Origin: Squalus acanthias
Taxonomy: Eukaryota
DNA length: 64,000 bases
Assembly (NCBI GenBank): GCA_030390025.1
Contig: JASTWF010000031.1
Location: forward strand, 2,356,001 to 2,420,000
Reading direction: 5' to 3'
Part shown: piece by piece, positions 38,210-51,500 of the stretch
How positions within the stretch are numbered: the first letter of the stretch is position 1
How the letters are laid out: every line of letters starts with the position of its first letter
Notes under the pieces: model-generated
Seen by the model: only the letters and a program-made list of their open reading frames with translations
What the model was told of the DNA's origin: nothing
Database searches by the model: none
Made by a program: the position numbers and the translations under genes

Positions 38210-39985
38210 TCTTGCATTTATATAGTGCCTTTAACATAGTAAAACGTCCCAAGGCGCTTCACAGGAGCGTCATGAAACACAATTTGACACCAAACCACAT
38301 AAGGAGAGATTAGGAGAGGTGACAGTCAAAGAGGTAAGTATTAAAGAGCATCTTAAAGGAGGAGAGGTAGAGAATTCCAGAGCTTAAGGCCTAGGCAGCT
38401 TAAGGCCTAAGCAGCTGAAGGCATGGCTGCCAATGATGGAGCGCTGAAAATGAGGGATACGCAAGAGGCCAGAATTGGAGGAGCGCAGAGATCTCAGAGG
38501 TTTGTAGGGCTGGAAGTATTACTGAGATAGGGAGGAACGAGGCCATGGGGGGGGGGGTGGGATTTGAAAACAAGATTGAGAATTTTAAAATTGAGGTGTT
38601 GCCAGACTGGGAGCCAATGTAGGTCAGTGAGCAGAGGTGATGGGTGAACGGGACTTGGTGCAAGTTAAGATACAGGCAATAGAGTTTTGGATGAGCTCAA
38701 ATTTACGGAGGGTGCAAGGTGGGAGGCCAGCCAGGAGAGAATTGGATTAGTCGAGTCTAGAGGTAACAAAGGCATGGATGAGGGTATCAACAGCAGATGA
38801 GCTGAGGCAGGGTTGCAGTGTAAGATATAATTCGCTGTTCGTTGTGACTTGGCTGAATTTAATGTACCAGCATTCTTAGAGAGTTCTGCAAACAAACCTT
38901 TAAACAGATTTAGTTAACTTCTGTAACCCTTTCAGACATGGCATAAGCAGCCCATTGTCTACAGATTTAGTTAACTACTGCAACCTCATCAGACAGGACC
39001 TCGAGAGTTCTGCAAAACAAACCTTTAAGGTGACTGAACAATGAGAAACTTCTGCAACCCCTTCAGACATGGCGCAAGTAGCCTCGAGGCTCACTGACTA
39101 CAGATAAGAGATACCCATGATTGAACAATCGTCAACGTGGGCTGGGACGCGTACGCATTGGGAGGCCTGCCAAGTTTTGGGTATAAAGGAGTTAGGGAAT
39201 GCTTGGGACTGCTTCAGTGAGTCGGGCGACTTGACCGGTCGCACAGAAAGAAAAGCCTACTAGTCACCGGCGAACTGGTTACTCGCTGGTGTTAGTATGT
39301 ATGTGTGCTTATGCTTGCTCATTGAAGCTTATGCTTGCGTGTAAACTTGATTGATTTTAAGTAAAGAAGTAGCTACCCTGAAATCTTTGTCTCATTGTCT
39401 TCATTCTGGTTCGGGTCCGAACTCTAAGTAACTGTCAGATCGGGATACCGTAAAGGGCCTAGTCTTACAGCAGATGGGTGATGATATGTAGGTGGAAGTA
39501 GGCAGTCTTGGTGATGGAGAAGATATGGGGTCGGTAGCTCAGCTCAGGGTCAAATTGGATGCCAAGGTTGGAAACGGTCTGGTTCAGTCCCAGACAGTGG
39601 CCAGGGAAAGGGATGGAGTCAGTGGCTAGGGAACAGAGTTTGTGGCAGGGACCAAAGACAATGGCCTCGGTTTTCCCAATAGTTAATTGGAGGAAATTTC
39701 TGATCATCCAGTACTGGATGTCGGACAAGCAGTGCGACAAATCAGAGGCAGTGGAGGGGTTGAGAGAGGTGGTGGTGAGGTAGAGCTGGGTGTCGTCAGC
39801 GTACATGTGGAACCTGACATGTTTCGGATGATGTCGTCGAGGGGCAGCATGTAGATTAGAAATAGGAGGGGGCCAAGGATAGATGGTTGGGGGGACTCCA
39901 CAGGTAATGATGCGGGAGTGGGAAGAGAAGCCGTTGCATGTGATTCTCTGGCTGCGGCTGGATAGATAGGAATGGAACATATCAC
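38210..39985 (-). mobile_element. L2-clade LINE (RT and 3' tail) split by a solo LTR
   Basis: ORF 39465-40013 with FHMYADDTQLYL; ctatataaatgcaag tail near 38210. Confidence 0.88.
38819..39469 (+). mobile_element. Solo LTR, 651 bp (ERV or gypsy type)
   Basis: TGTAAGA...TCTTACA inverted termini; GCAG duplication at 38815-38818 and 39470-39473; TATAAA 39182-39187; AGTAAA 39360-39365; repeated U3 modules. Confidence 0.88.
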
Positions 39986-40034
39986 ATGATATGTATTTGC
40001 TTGTTTCCTGCACCTGTTCTAAACCTCCATTAAG

Positions 40035-40438
40035 AAATGCTCAACTCACACTGGGGTTGCATCCCAAAGGCTTTCAAACTCTCTACTTTCTTCTTGAAGA
40101 AGTTGATAGCCCAAAATATAAAAGGCTGAGATCTGCCACAGGTGGTGAAACCACAAGCCTCCAGCCTCTTATTCCTTGCAAGGAGGAAGCTCTGGCAGGC
40201 ATACTTGGAAATCAGGAAATGGGAAATGAGGTGTTGGCTCGAGGTTGGTAATCATTTCATGACTCTGAATGTATACAGCAGAAACTGAAATAGGTCATCA
40301 CAATGCTTAATGCAATGTGAATGCTTAACTCACACTGGGGTTGCATCCTAAAGGCTTTCAAACTCTCTGCCTTTTATATTTTGGCCTTCCAACTTCTTCA
40401 AGAAGTAGAGATCTGCCACAGGTGGTGAAACCACAAGC
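40035..40438. repeat. ~120-bp direct duplication (40035-40158 and 40320-40438) with an inverted core
   Basis: Flanks align directly while the central ~40 bp are reverse complements. Confidence 0.9.
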
Positions 40439-41739
40439 TCATAGTTCTGAAAGTACAATGCCCATTGTGCAGCTCATCTATCCATGCTAACCTCTTTTTC
40501 TGTTCTCCTAGGTGTGCCATAGCAACCAAGGAAGCGCTTCCAGAGGATCCTGACCCCTGTGCTTCTGGACCACTTCACCCATGCCACCACCCATAGATAA
40601 TTATTCAAGTGAGTGGTTATGCACAGATTGATGTGCGGAGCACAAATATCCAGGAGGAGTTAGAGGTGGAAGATGAGGAGGCAATCTTTGCTGGGCAGAA
40701 GGTCAGGAAATGTCATCCCCTTTTTGAGGACCCAGATCTCAGGGGTCCAGTATTTAAAAAGATTCTGAGACAGCATCACACTATGTGGCATTATGATGGA
40801 TGTGCCTAAACCATGCAGTCAACCATGGAGATGAGACAGCTCCAAAATGATTTGCAATTCCCCAAGGACCGTCTTGGCTTCTGGCATGGTAGCTACAACT
40901 GCTGCCATAGATACCTTGGGAGACACAGTGGAGTGGAGTGGGCTCTCTATTCCAGTCTCCAAACATGTAGGACTGGAATGCAAACAAGTGTCTTTGGGCG
41001 TCTGTGACCTGATGGGTACCATTTAGTCTGATTTCCCACTAATCAGTGCCTAAGCAGAGCCAGAGCCCAGGACTATTGTCCTGGCAAGTGTGCACATGCA
41101 TGAAGATGCTGTCTCAGGACAGTATCATGTATGCCCTTCTGCCAGCCCTCTCAGATGTCTGCCCACGTGGCCATAGTAGCCAGGACCAGATTGCCCTTCA
41201 GTTACAGTCAAGATCCAGCTTGAAGCAGGTCTCTCTGGAGCCTCATCTGTCAAACACAAGGGTCACACCAGGTCCCAATGGCTTCTGCTGCTGAGCACTC
41301 CATTATCCTTCTCGAGCGATCTGAGTGATGAGGTTCAGATATGACCACCTCGGTCTGTATGCACAGAGACATGGGTACCAGATCAGCATGGCCTCCCTGC
41401 GTAGCTCCTCCTGATCCTTCTCCTCTTCTTTCTCTTCATAGCAGAGGAAAAGGAGAATCCATAAGGTAAACATCATTGTCTCCTGTGGTGAAACAGTAAC
41501 GGTGGGGGGGGAGAGAATAAAGGATCACAGCATTAGGAGCAATGCTGGACCTATTAATAAGGGTGAGATGGCAAAAACAAGAGAAAAATGAGTCTTCAGC
41601 ACAAAACAAACTTCTGAAGATGACCTTTAACGCCACTTCTGTCTGTCAGCAGCTGCCTAGCAATCACCAAGCCTCTTTTATACAGGCATTTATCTCAGGA
41701 AGTGAACCATGGGTGGCCAGGGATTGAAATTCAACACCT

Positions 41740-42060
41740 TAGTGTTCTGGTTAATGGACTAGCAACCCAGAGGTCATGAGTTCAAATCCCACCATGGCAA
41801 GTTGTGAAACTAAATTCAATAAATCTAATAGGCTGGCATCAGGAAAACTGATGATTATTGTAAAAACCCAGCTGGTTCATTAAGGTCTGCCCTACATTAT
41901 ACAGTTGACTCTTAATGCCTTCTGAAGTGGCTTATCAAGCCTATTGCTATGGAACAGCAGCAGCAGCTCAAGGAGAACACCCACCACTACCTTCACAGGG
42001 CAACTAGCGACAGGCAATAAGTGCCAGTGTTGCCACATCCCCAGATCAAACAATAAAAAA
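41740..42060 (+). mobile_element. tRNA-derived SINE sharing its 3' tail with the 19750-20965 LINE
   Basis: B box gagttcaaatccc; tail 'ggcaactag...ggcaataa...ccacatccc'. Confidence 0.65.
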
Positions 42061-44299
42061 GTTCCTTCCAAATCTCACTTGCATGTGGCAGTCAATATTT
42101 AGCTGCAGGATGCCCACACTCCCAGGAGAATAGTGACGGAATATATTTTCACCCAGATCCCTCATCCAGCCACCCCAACTTCACCCAGAAATGGGTGGTA
42201 AACATGAGGAAAATCTTGGCCTATTCATCATTTCTCACTTGGGGTTGTGCAGAAGGCTTCATTGTATTGCTCCATTTACTTTGTTCTTTTGGAAACTAAC
42301 CATCTGCGCACTACATAGGTATATAATTTATATATACACACACAGATTTTTAAAGTCTGATAAGAAACTGCAAGCCAACAACAAACAAAAAGCCATCATT
42401 TGTTAGAGAGCTTCCATAAAAAGGGTTTTGTTTAAATCAAGTCGCAGTTCCACTGATGGAAAGAGTGACATCACTTTGTATTGGTCTATGAGTCAGCTGG
42501 CAGTTGCTGTTACCAGGCAACAGCTCTGTTAGCGTGAGTTAACTGGCAACTCACAAAGATACTGCTTTGAAAGCAAATGTGTGCAGTGAGAAAGCGTGGT
42601 ACAATGTGTAGGACTTCAACACATCAGACATGGATCTGATACAGTATCGTTGTGAAGCACATGTGTTCAGAAAGCTAAGCCATGTCTGGCTCCTTAAGAG
42701 AATCCTTAGGGGAAATCTTAAATTATCAAATGTCCCAAACATGTAGTGCCCCTGACTCTTCATTATTATCTTAGGTTGAACCATAACACACACAATTTTA
42801 AAAAAAATAAAGCCAAGGTAGCAAATTATATTCTCACATCAGGATATCTTTGGTGACCAGAGATGAACATGTGCACATTCTGGCAAGCACACACCAATTC
42901 TCCACATTCAGAATTTACAGACATACTGTGAGAAAGTGTTGCTCACTCGTGCTGCAATCAGGACTCAGTTCAATACTGAGGGGGACTGGATTGTCTCATT
43001 GACTCAATTAGTTCCTAACAATGGGGAACATTATGCATACAGATTGAACTCGGAACAAACTAGTTCTAACCCGTGCAGACTGGAAATGGAATTCAAAAGT
43101 TTATCTAAAAATAGTTTTTCTAAAATGGAATCACATGCCTGTTGATCAAGAAAGTCTGCTGTAGACCTGGCATAGTGGTCCAATATTCTGTGCCATTGAG
43201 TGACAGGACAAGGATCTGTGGCTGGCAAGTACCAAAACGCACTCAATCTACAGGTCATCAAAAACTGTAAATCAGGTGCTTCCTCCACAGGAAAATACTC
43301 ATCACAGTCTGCTCTAGACTACTGCCTGGTGGCTAAATTAGGAATTGCAAAAGCAGTGACCTGGGAACAGAACAGGTTTTCTGCTTGCGCTCGTGTGTGA
43401 AGGTGGTGATGGGACAGTTAAAGTTTAAATCCCAGCAAAACTGACGCCCAGTCTCATCTGTGCTTGTTGGACACGTTTTGTTTTTTGCAAAAAAAAAGTT
43501 GAATTCCGATAGCTGTCAATCTCAGCGAGTGTTAAAACAAAGGCAAGAACTCTCCTACACAGTGGTGCACTTTTGTCTGATCATGCAGGAAAAAAAATTA
43601 CTCCTCTAAACTCAGAGATAAGAACCAGATTGCAACACATTGGCTGGCCTCCCAGAATTCTCTAGAAGAATGGAATTACCAAATCAAATAACTGAATATA
43701 AATTCAAAACACATACATTGATACACAAATACTACTCAATGTAATTGAATGCTAGTGCCAAGTGAGTTTGGTACACACTAAACTAATAGTACTGTTTCGT
43801 CATTCTATTCTGTGTGGAGTCGTCATAAACCATCTTGTGATCTGGAATAGAATCCCATAGATTAATCAGCAGTTCCTGCATACAAAACTATTTCCACTCT
43901 TCAATACTGGCATGAATTGTAAGGGAAACAGCTGAACTGCAGGTTTTGCTTAGCATGTGACCTGTATTTACTCATATATAATATCTTACATATCAAGCAA
44001 TTCCTTCGATTCATATGCAAAGCCTTTATTTAATTCCTGCACAGGATTGGATTTGGATTCTGTCAACTAAGAGTTTCATTCAAAGCAAGCAGCTGGAGAA
44101 TTTCTTTTTTCTTGAGAATGTTGATAAAAGTTCAATGTTATTGCTTCCTGTTTTCAGAAAAATGTGCTATTTGTAAGTCCTCCAAGTCAGATTTCCTACT
44201 GGCTCTTCAAAATTAAACAAAATGTCAAACTCCAAACACAGAATCTGTATATCACAATTTAAGAAGGTACAGATTTTGAACTTTCCTTGATGAATCAAT

Positions 44300-44945
44300 G
44301 AGTTTATCCAGCAAGTAGGTCCCAGGCACTTTCTCTGGCCTATGCTGGGCTTGTTGTGGACGAGCTGCAGCTGTCCTAACATTGGCCACAGTGCATGTTA
44401 GCAAAGCAAAGATGCAATCAACAAAACCAATAGAATGTTGAACTACATAGCCAAAACAAGTCAAAGGAATTTGTGATCAAACTGTACAGCAGTCTGGTAA
44501 GACACACCCGGATTACTGTGGCCAGTTCTGGTCACAGAGAAACGAAAGAGAGAGTCAAGTGCTGGAGACAGTGGAGAGAAGAGCCATAATACTGACCCTA
44601 GTGTCAGGTGGAGGTGCCAGAGAGGTGATTTTACAGAGTTATGTAAGATGGTAAATGGTATAGAAAAGGTTAATCTTGAGTATTACTTTAAACTAAACTG
44701 TGGCAGTCGGGCAAGGGGGACACAGGTTCAAATTAGTATACGGTGATTTTGGGACTGATATCGGGAAGCTTTTCTTCATAGAGTGATCAACACTTGGCAT
44801 GGACTTCTGGGCAGAGTGGTGAAAGTGAAAACCCTGGAACCATTTAAGAAATAATAAGATGCAGCAATAGGGGAAAGTGTAGGCATATTCTAGACAGATG
44901 AATTTAGGTGGGCCAAATGGCCTTCCTCATCTGTAAATATCTTTG
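44300..44945 (+). mobile_element. Old CR1 fragment
   Basis: Degraded LYSSLVRHT.DYCGQFWS coding and a gggccaaatggcct tail. Confidence 0.7.
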
Positions 44946-46325
44946 AGCTTGTGAGGGGAAAAGAATCAGCCAAGCTCCCACTCTTGATTGTTAGCTCGCG
45001 ACCCCTGTAGGAAACGAGCATGTGCATGTATGGAGGGCAGGAAGACAGCTTTGGGCTTGGCTGCGATGCATCCATGTCAAGTTGCCTACCAGTACTCCCT
45101 GTCTAAGCTCACACTTCAACAGCCACGAGGAGCGCTTTCAATACGTGCAAAACTGTACTCCAACAAGGAGTCAATGCCTTCAGAAGATGGAGGGTGAAAA
45201 TATTGGGGGAGAAAATTGGTTAGAAAAATCATTTAAATTCAAAAATAGATTTAGCTTTCAAGGTTTGCAAACATATCCCAGGTAGTAGTCTGTCATTAAT
45301 CTGGTGACAGCAGTACATAGATGCTCCCTGCTGGTAAAAGCTAGAGTAGTTATACATAACAAATACCTGGTAGTCGTTTCCTCTTCTGTTTCAGATGCAA
45401 TTAAGTGGTTTTAATAGAGTTGACCTTGGGACTCGTTGCATTTATTGTTGCTCCCCCAAGACTTTTTTTTACATTATATCAGTGCTGCTGATGGAAGAAC
45501 ACTTGGCTGCACTCCATAGTGTAACCAAGCATGGCTCCTCTATTCTGACAACATCGTAGACTCATTAAAATATTATGAACCCATTAACTTGGGCGAAGAA
45601 AGAAAGAACTTGTATTTATATAGCGCCTTTCACAACCTCAGGACGTCCCAAAGGGAGCTGGGTGTTGCAATGCATGGACACCACCCTACTGTAGCCCGAA
45701 CTAAAGATGCACCAAATATAAAAGTGCCTTTAAATAAGCAGCTACTGAAGGGAAAACAGCTGCGCATGTGCCAACATGCTGACATTTGGTTAGGACTTCT
45801 TTTAAAAACAAAACCCTCATTTGAGCTGCACTGAATGCAGTGGAGGTCCACGTCCTGTTGAAACTGTATTCAGAAAGGGAAGAAATGACTGCGGCCACTT
45901 TAATCACTTCCATAAATTTGGCCGTGGAGCCCACTGCTGTTTATACTGACGTAAACTCCTGTTTTATTTATTCCAAATGTTCGGACTTTACTACATTCAT
46001 AGAGAAAAATACACAGCCAAACCATTGTTTTTTTTTGTTGATTCAGCTCCTGCTTGCCACTTGAAACAAAATTATTAGTTTCTGACACTGTACATTTAGA
46101 AGAGGGGAAAGAAAATACTTTAAAAAATCATAATTTGGGCCTGTCGGATCCAATTATCAACAGCAAACATTTCTATAGCACTCGTGAGCAGGAAGATGTC
46201 TCAAAGTGTCCTATTGGTTGGAGGAAAAAAGTTGACACTAAACAGGAGCAAAAAGGAAAACGAAAATAATTAGGAATTGGAGCTGAAAGGACAGTTATCG
46301 AGTGACTCTTGCAGGAGGAGAATAT

Positions 46326-46328
<3 letters not shown>

Positions 46329-46359
<31 letters not shown>
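46329..46359. repeat. (GT)n microsatellite
   Basis: About 15 GT units, read directly. Confidence 0.95.
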
Positions 46360-46362
<3 letters not shown>

Positions 46363-46561
46363 CATGTGCGTGGGTGGGTGGTGGTTGGAAGATAGGAATG
46401 GGCTTGACTATGATACCTCCGTGATCAAATTGCCTGCCAGCACTTGCTGTCAAGACTCACACATCAACAGCCAGCAGAGGGCTTCAAGAAATTGATGAGA
46501 AAAAAAAGGATTTTAGAAGGCAAACTTCAGTGGAACTACTTGATGCCATATACTGGAATAT

Positions 46562-47045
46562 TGGGTTGAATTTTGCTAATAGTTGTTAATGCAATGCCAA
46601 TCAACCTCTCCAGCCCAGAAAGGGAACAATTTAAACTGTTCAATCTCATTCCTACATGTAGTAAACTGTTGTTAAAGATTTTATTAAAATGTCCAATTTA
46701 ATTTTTTTAACTTTTCCTTTATCTCTTTTTTCACTCTCTCTTAGTCCGATCATTCTTTCCCTCTCTTTATTTCTCTTTCTTTACCAGATTTTACTCTAAT
46801 TCACCCTCCTTCTCAGACGTTTCGGTTTCTTTCTTAATCTTTAAATCTCATTGGTTAAGGAGATGCACTGTTGGTCCCGCCGGTCACTAAAGTCCCAAAT
46901 GCCCCGTTGCCCTTGCTATGCCCTCATCAGCTCACACTTCCAGCAAGTTATGGCGCAAACATTTTTTTGAGCTGAACGGTGCAGGAAAAAGTCTAACTAA
47001 TGGGGTGCACCACGAAATGCTCCGCTGCAGCAAGATCTGGCCCAT
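46562..47045. mobile_element. Possible non-autonomous DNA transposon
   Basis: Imperfect termini gggttgaattttgct and agcaagatctggccc. Confidence 0.4.
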
Positions 47046-47854
47046 TGTGAGGCACCAAAGTACAGCAAACTGCTCAAGACTTCCTCCAAGCTCACCAGCA
47101 TGATCGAACCTTGACAAGAGTCACACAGCCAGACTGACACTACCTCCACCCTCTCAGCATCAGCAGCTTTCATCACTGGAACTCCATTATTCATCCATTT
47201 TTATTAAACAAAGATATTAAATACAAACTGCAATATAAACATTTTTCCCAATAAGACAACTAGTTTTGAGCACCAAAACCAAAGTTAAAAATAAACTTCT
47301 CATTTTTCTTTGGCACCTAATCACGTTGCCAAAACATTTTAAAATGCTTCGCATTAAATTACTTTTGAAATGTAGTCACTGTTGTTATGTAGGCAAATGT
47401 GGCCGCCATTCTGTGCCAGTATTGTCACACAAGCAGCAAGGAGATGAATGACCAGTTAATCTGGTATCGGTTGAGGGAGAAATATTGCCCAGAAGAACAA
47501 AAGAACTGCTGCTGTTCTTTAACAAAGTACCCTGGTTCTTTAACGTCCACCTAAACAGGTAGAAAGATAATTATAAAATATTATTCTCTTGTTTGTATTA
47601 TTGCTCGCCAACAAAATATCAGTACAAGTTTCTGATTAATATGTAGGGTTATCAAATATTACATAGTGTGTATACATAAAAATGAATGTACTAAAAACTG
47701 TACAGAGTACTGTACATAGATGTCACACTTTGTTGCAGATACAAAGCAATATTAAAATTCTTCTCGCTCTAAGCTATTAAGTAAAACTGACAAGCGCATT
47801 CCAATCTGCAAAATTCCCTGGCCAAGCAACAATTAAACTGAGTGACCTCAAGCT

Positions 47855-48031
47855 GGGGGTAAAATTCAACTTCGGGGCGGGAGCACAAAATGGGTGGTAG
47901 CGGATCGACCGGCCATTATACACACTGCCGGATTTTTCTTTCCATTGCGGAAAGGATAATTGGGTGGGTGTGTAACAGACAGCCGATCCGTTAACGCCCG
48001 TTTTGCCCCACAGAAGTTGAATTTCACCCCC
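47855..48031. mobile_element. Palindromic MITE
   Basis: ggggtaaaattcaacttc / gaagttgaatttcacccc termini; the arms stay complementary inward (gcggatcg/cgatccgt, tatacac/gtgtaac). Confidence 0.8.
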
Positions 48032-48289
48032 GGTGTTTACTTATAGTAATTAAACTTTGTGGTCTTAAAGGGGTAGGCCATTTAAACATAGCCCCACCAT
48101 AGCAGCAGAATAATACATTGTGAATTACATGTTATAATTACTCCAGTCATAATAAGCCAGGCCATTTAATTTGCCATAAATATATGAACACAAAAATCAC
48201 ACACAAGCACACAGCCCAGGGCTCATAAGGGATTTCGCTCACTATTAGAGGAAAGTCCTTCAATTATGTTTCACTGCCAACAATTGTTA

Positions 48290-48577
<288 letters not shown>

Positions 48578-51500
48578 CTAAATTCCAAACGCAGACAAAA
48601 TTCAGGATTTCTAAACTGCACAGGTCATGCTAATTACTCAATACGGCCATTTAGATTTCCAGACAGAAGACTAATAAATGATTCAGTCACTATTTCAAAT
48701 AATTTTATATCAAAAGTTTGAATGGCATACTTTTGTCAAATCATCGTCTACTGTATTTTGCACAGAAATCAAAACTCTTACTGTTGACACAGATAGGTGG
48801 GAGATCCTGGTTTTGATCTGCTTTTCAGGATTTCACCATCCCCAACAGCAAGTTCGCTGCTGGAGACAACTCTCCAGTGTAAACATAGTGGAGAGATTTT
48901 TAGTTGGTGTCAACAAATACAAACAACCCACTCGATTGCTATTTCTGGCCTGTAGAGACCGTACCCCAGCATCACCCTGATGAAATTGGGCTCACAACGC
49001 AAGAACAACTGCAAGTTGTTTGTTGTTGCTGAATTGACCCAAGTATAAATGAGCATATATAAATGGAAGAATTCAGTGATATAAATGGAGGATTAAACAC
49101 GAAGTCATGGCATGCCCAACTTATTCAAAACTTAAATTTCAGAATTTACTTCTCCACTGCTGCAAATTGGTCTGTAACTTAGCACAGAAATGTGAAGAGC
49201 TATTATGCAGTTTTGCAGTTAATGGATTTAAGTTGTAAATCTGATTTCATTTGTAAATTTGGTTGTACCCTTGTAAAACAAAGCAACTTGCACCCTGAGC
49301 CTGCATTTTGGGAAACCCTAATCTTTCCTCCAACACAATCATCTGATGTTTTACATTTTTTAAATTTTTTATAAAAGTTTCATATAGCTCAATGGCAGAC
49401 CAGAAAGGATGTGAAAGGGGTTATCCTTTGCAATAAAGCACCAATCGATCGGTCTACATCTGGGATAGGGGGAGGCAGAGAGGAGCAAGTGAAGGTGAGA
49501 GGCAATTCCCCAGTAGGGGGGGAAGGGAAACATCGGAGGGCAAGCCTACCTGTAGCACTTTCTGCTAGCCAATTTGAGTGGCATTTGAAGACTTGCAGAA
49601 ATGGTACATGGCACAGATCACTAAAAAGATTTAGGTACAGAGAATAGAATGCTCTTGTGGAATTGCTATATTACAAATGCGATGGGCAGCTGATTTATTA
49701 AACTGACTTATGCCATTTTTATTTGGTATGATTCTAGGATGTTTACCTGTGTTTTGTGAATCAAATTCTGGGAGACTTTGCTACAAAAACTGTGAATCAG
49801 TTGTCTTCACTATGGATCATTCAATTGATTCTCCTCAGGTACTATCCCGTTCCCTTTCAAATCTGCCGCCATCACCCCCTCCTCAAAAAACCCAACCTTG
49901 ACCCTGTGTCCTTGCAATCTAGCCCCCCACTCCACCATCTCAAACCTCCCATTCCTCTCCAAAGTCCTTGAAAGTGTTAATTGCCTCTGAAATTTTCGTA
50001 CATTAAATGTGCTATATAAATACAAGTTGTTATTGCGGATTCCTTATGCAGGGTATAGCAGTACTGCAATTTTAGATAACCCAAGTGAGATATCCTAATC
50101 TTAACAGGGGCTTAGTGTGACAGAAATTATCAAAAATTCTTGTATATGGAACACACTAGGTCACAAGTTGAACTTGCTATTTATCAGATTTGCCATGCAG
50201 TGGAGTAGCCTGTATTAAAAAAGCTGCAATAGTGACTGTATATAATGAGGCCCATCTCTGTAGCCCTTTCCTCGCCCAGCTCTGTTCAATGATGTACAGT
50301 CCTGGGCCAACGGACCAACACCTTAATGGAACACCTCAGATGCTATTTCTGAGCATGAAATATTTTTTGTTTACTTGGGGTCAATTTTCACATCAATTTT
50401 TATTTAATCTTTGAGTTATTTGAAACTATCACTGACACGTAAGGCAGGGTAGCTTAGTTATGATTCTCCTCACACTCGTCCAGCAGAAGTCCCTTTTGAG
50501 CAATCTCATTGGTATAGTGATCATGTGACTTTTCAGATGTTCGTGACACATCTCATTGGCCATTAATAATCATGTGATCATTCTGTTGGTGACATTTAAT
50601 AGAAATCGGAGGGCTGGTATGTATGTGACCAACCTGATTGTTCCATGTTCCACTGAAAGGGCTCTGGACTGGCGCCAGTAAAGGAAGGCCAGATGGGGGT
50701 TCATCATATATTATTGCTCCAAGGTAGCCACAGTTCACAGACAAATATATTTACTAGTGTATATTATATATTGTATTAAAAATAGTATTATATATGGCCA
50801 TACTACATCTCTCATTAATTTAAAATAAATTTATATTAAATTTGGTACATGGGGCAAGCATTACATTGTAAATTCCTCTGTAAACTACCTCAGATGAAAA
50901 ATCCTGTTATAAAAGTGTACATGTTTTGCAATTACCTGCGATGCTTGTAGGATTTTTAGGTGTCACACCTTGCTTGTCACCTCACACTTACTATTTTTAT
51001 TTATCTAGATTACTGACATATAGCTGCCATATTGCCTAGCCTCTGCTGAAAATACTCTTATTGCTATCAAGGTCTCCCTTTCCAGCCTCTGCTTTACCTC
51101 ACTCTCCATAATACCACCCAGGAGCTGTGCAAACATTCCCATTTTCTTTCTACTGTATGTTGATACAGGTTTTAAAATCTTACTTTTTCCTTGGAAAAAA
51201 ACCTCCCCCCATCAGATCCCCTCTACCGCTGCCGATGTTGGCCCCACGTGAGTCTACTCCTTCTCGAGCTTCAAATCTCATGGCATGGTGGAGCTTTGGG
51301 GAAACAATTTTCCATAGCCTCTAAGTATGAAATATATTGCCCTACCTTTTATTTCCAAGATTAATTCTCGTGTCAGGTCTGCCACTCCCGCTGTGTTTTG
51401 GTACAGCCGTCAGCCCCACGTGCACTCGACCCTGCTCAGTCTCCCAGTTTCTTCAATCTACACTTCTGATTAAATTTCCACAACCCCCCCTCCTGATAAT

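Larger units (their letters stand above)
37493..42221. mobile_element. Putative degraded PIF/Harbinger DNA transposon carrying later insertions
   Basis: Myb/SANT-like remnant RAPKFSDSSVEVLL...TQCRKRFSNFARLAK|gt at 37811-38024 (frameshifted); imperfect termini GGGCTGGAT and ATCTTGGCC, each flanked by TAT. Confidence 0.4.

Noticed and set aside
38880-39110. Spaced direct repeats resembling a CRISPR array
   Set aside because: Eukaryotic context; irregular modules inside an LTR U3 region with no constant repeat-spacer period
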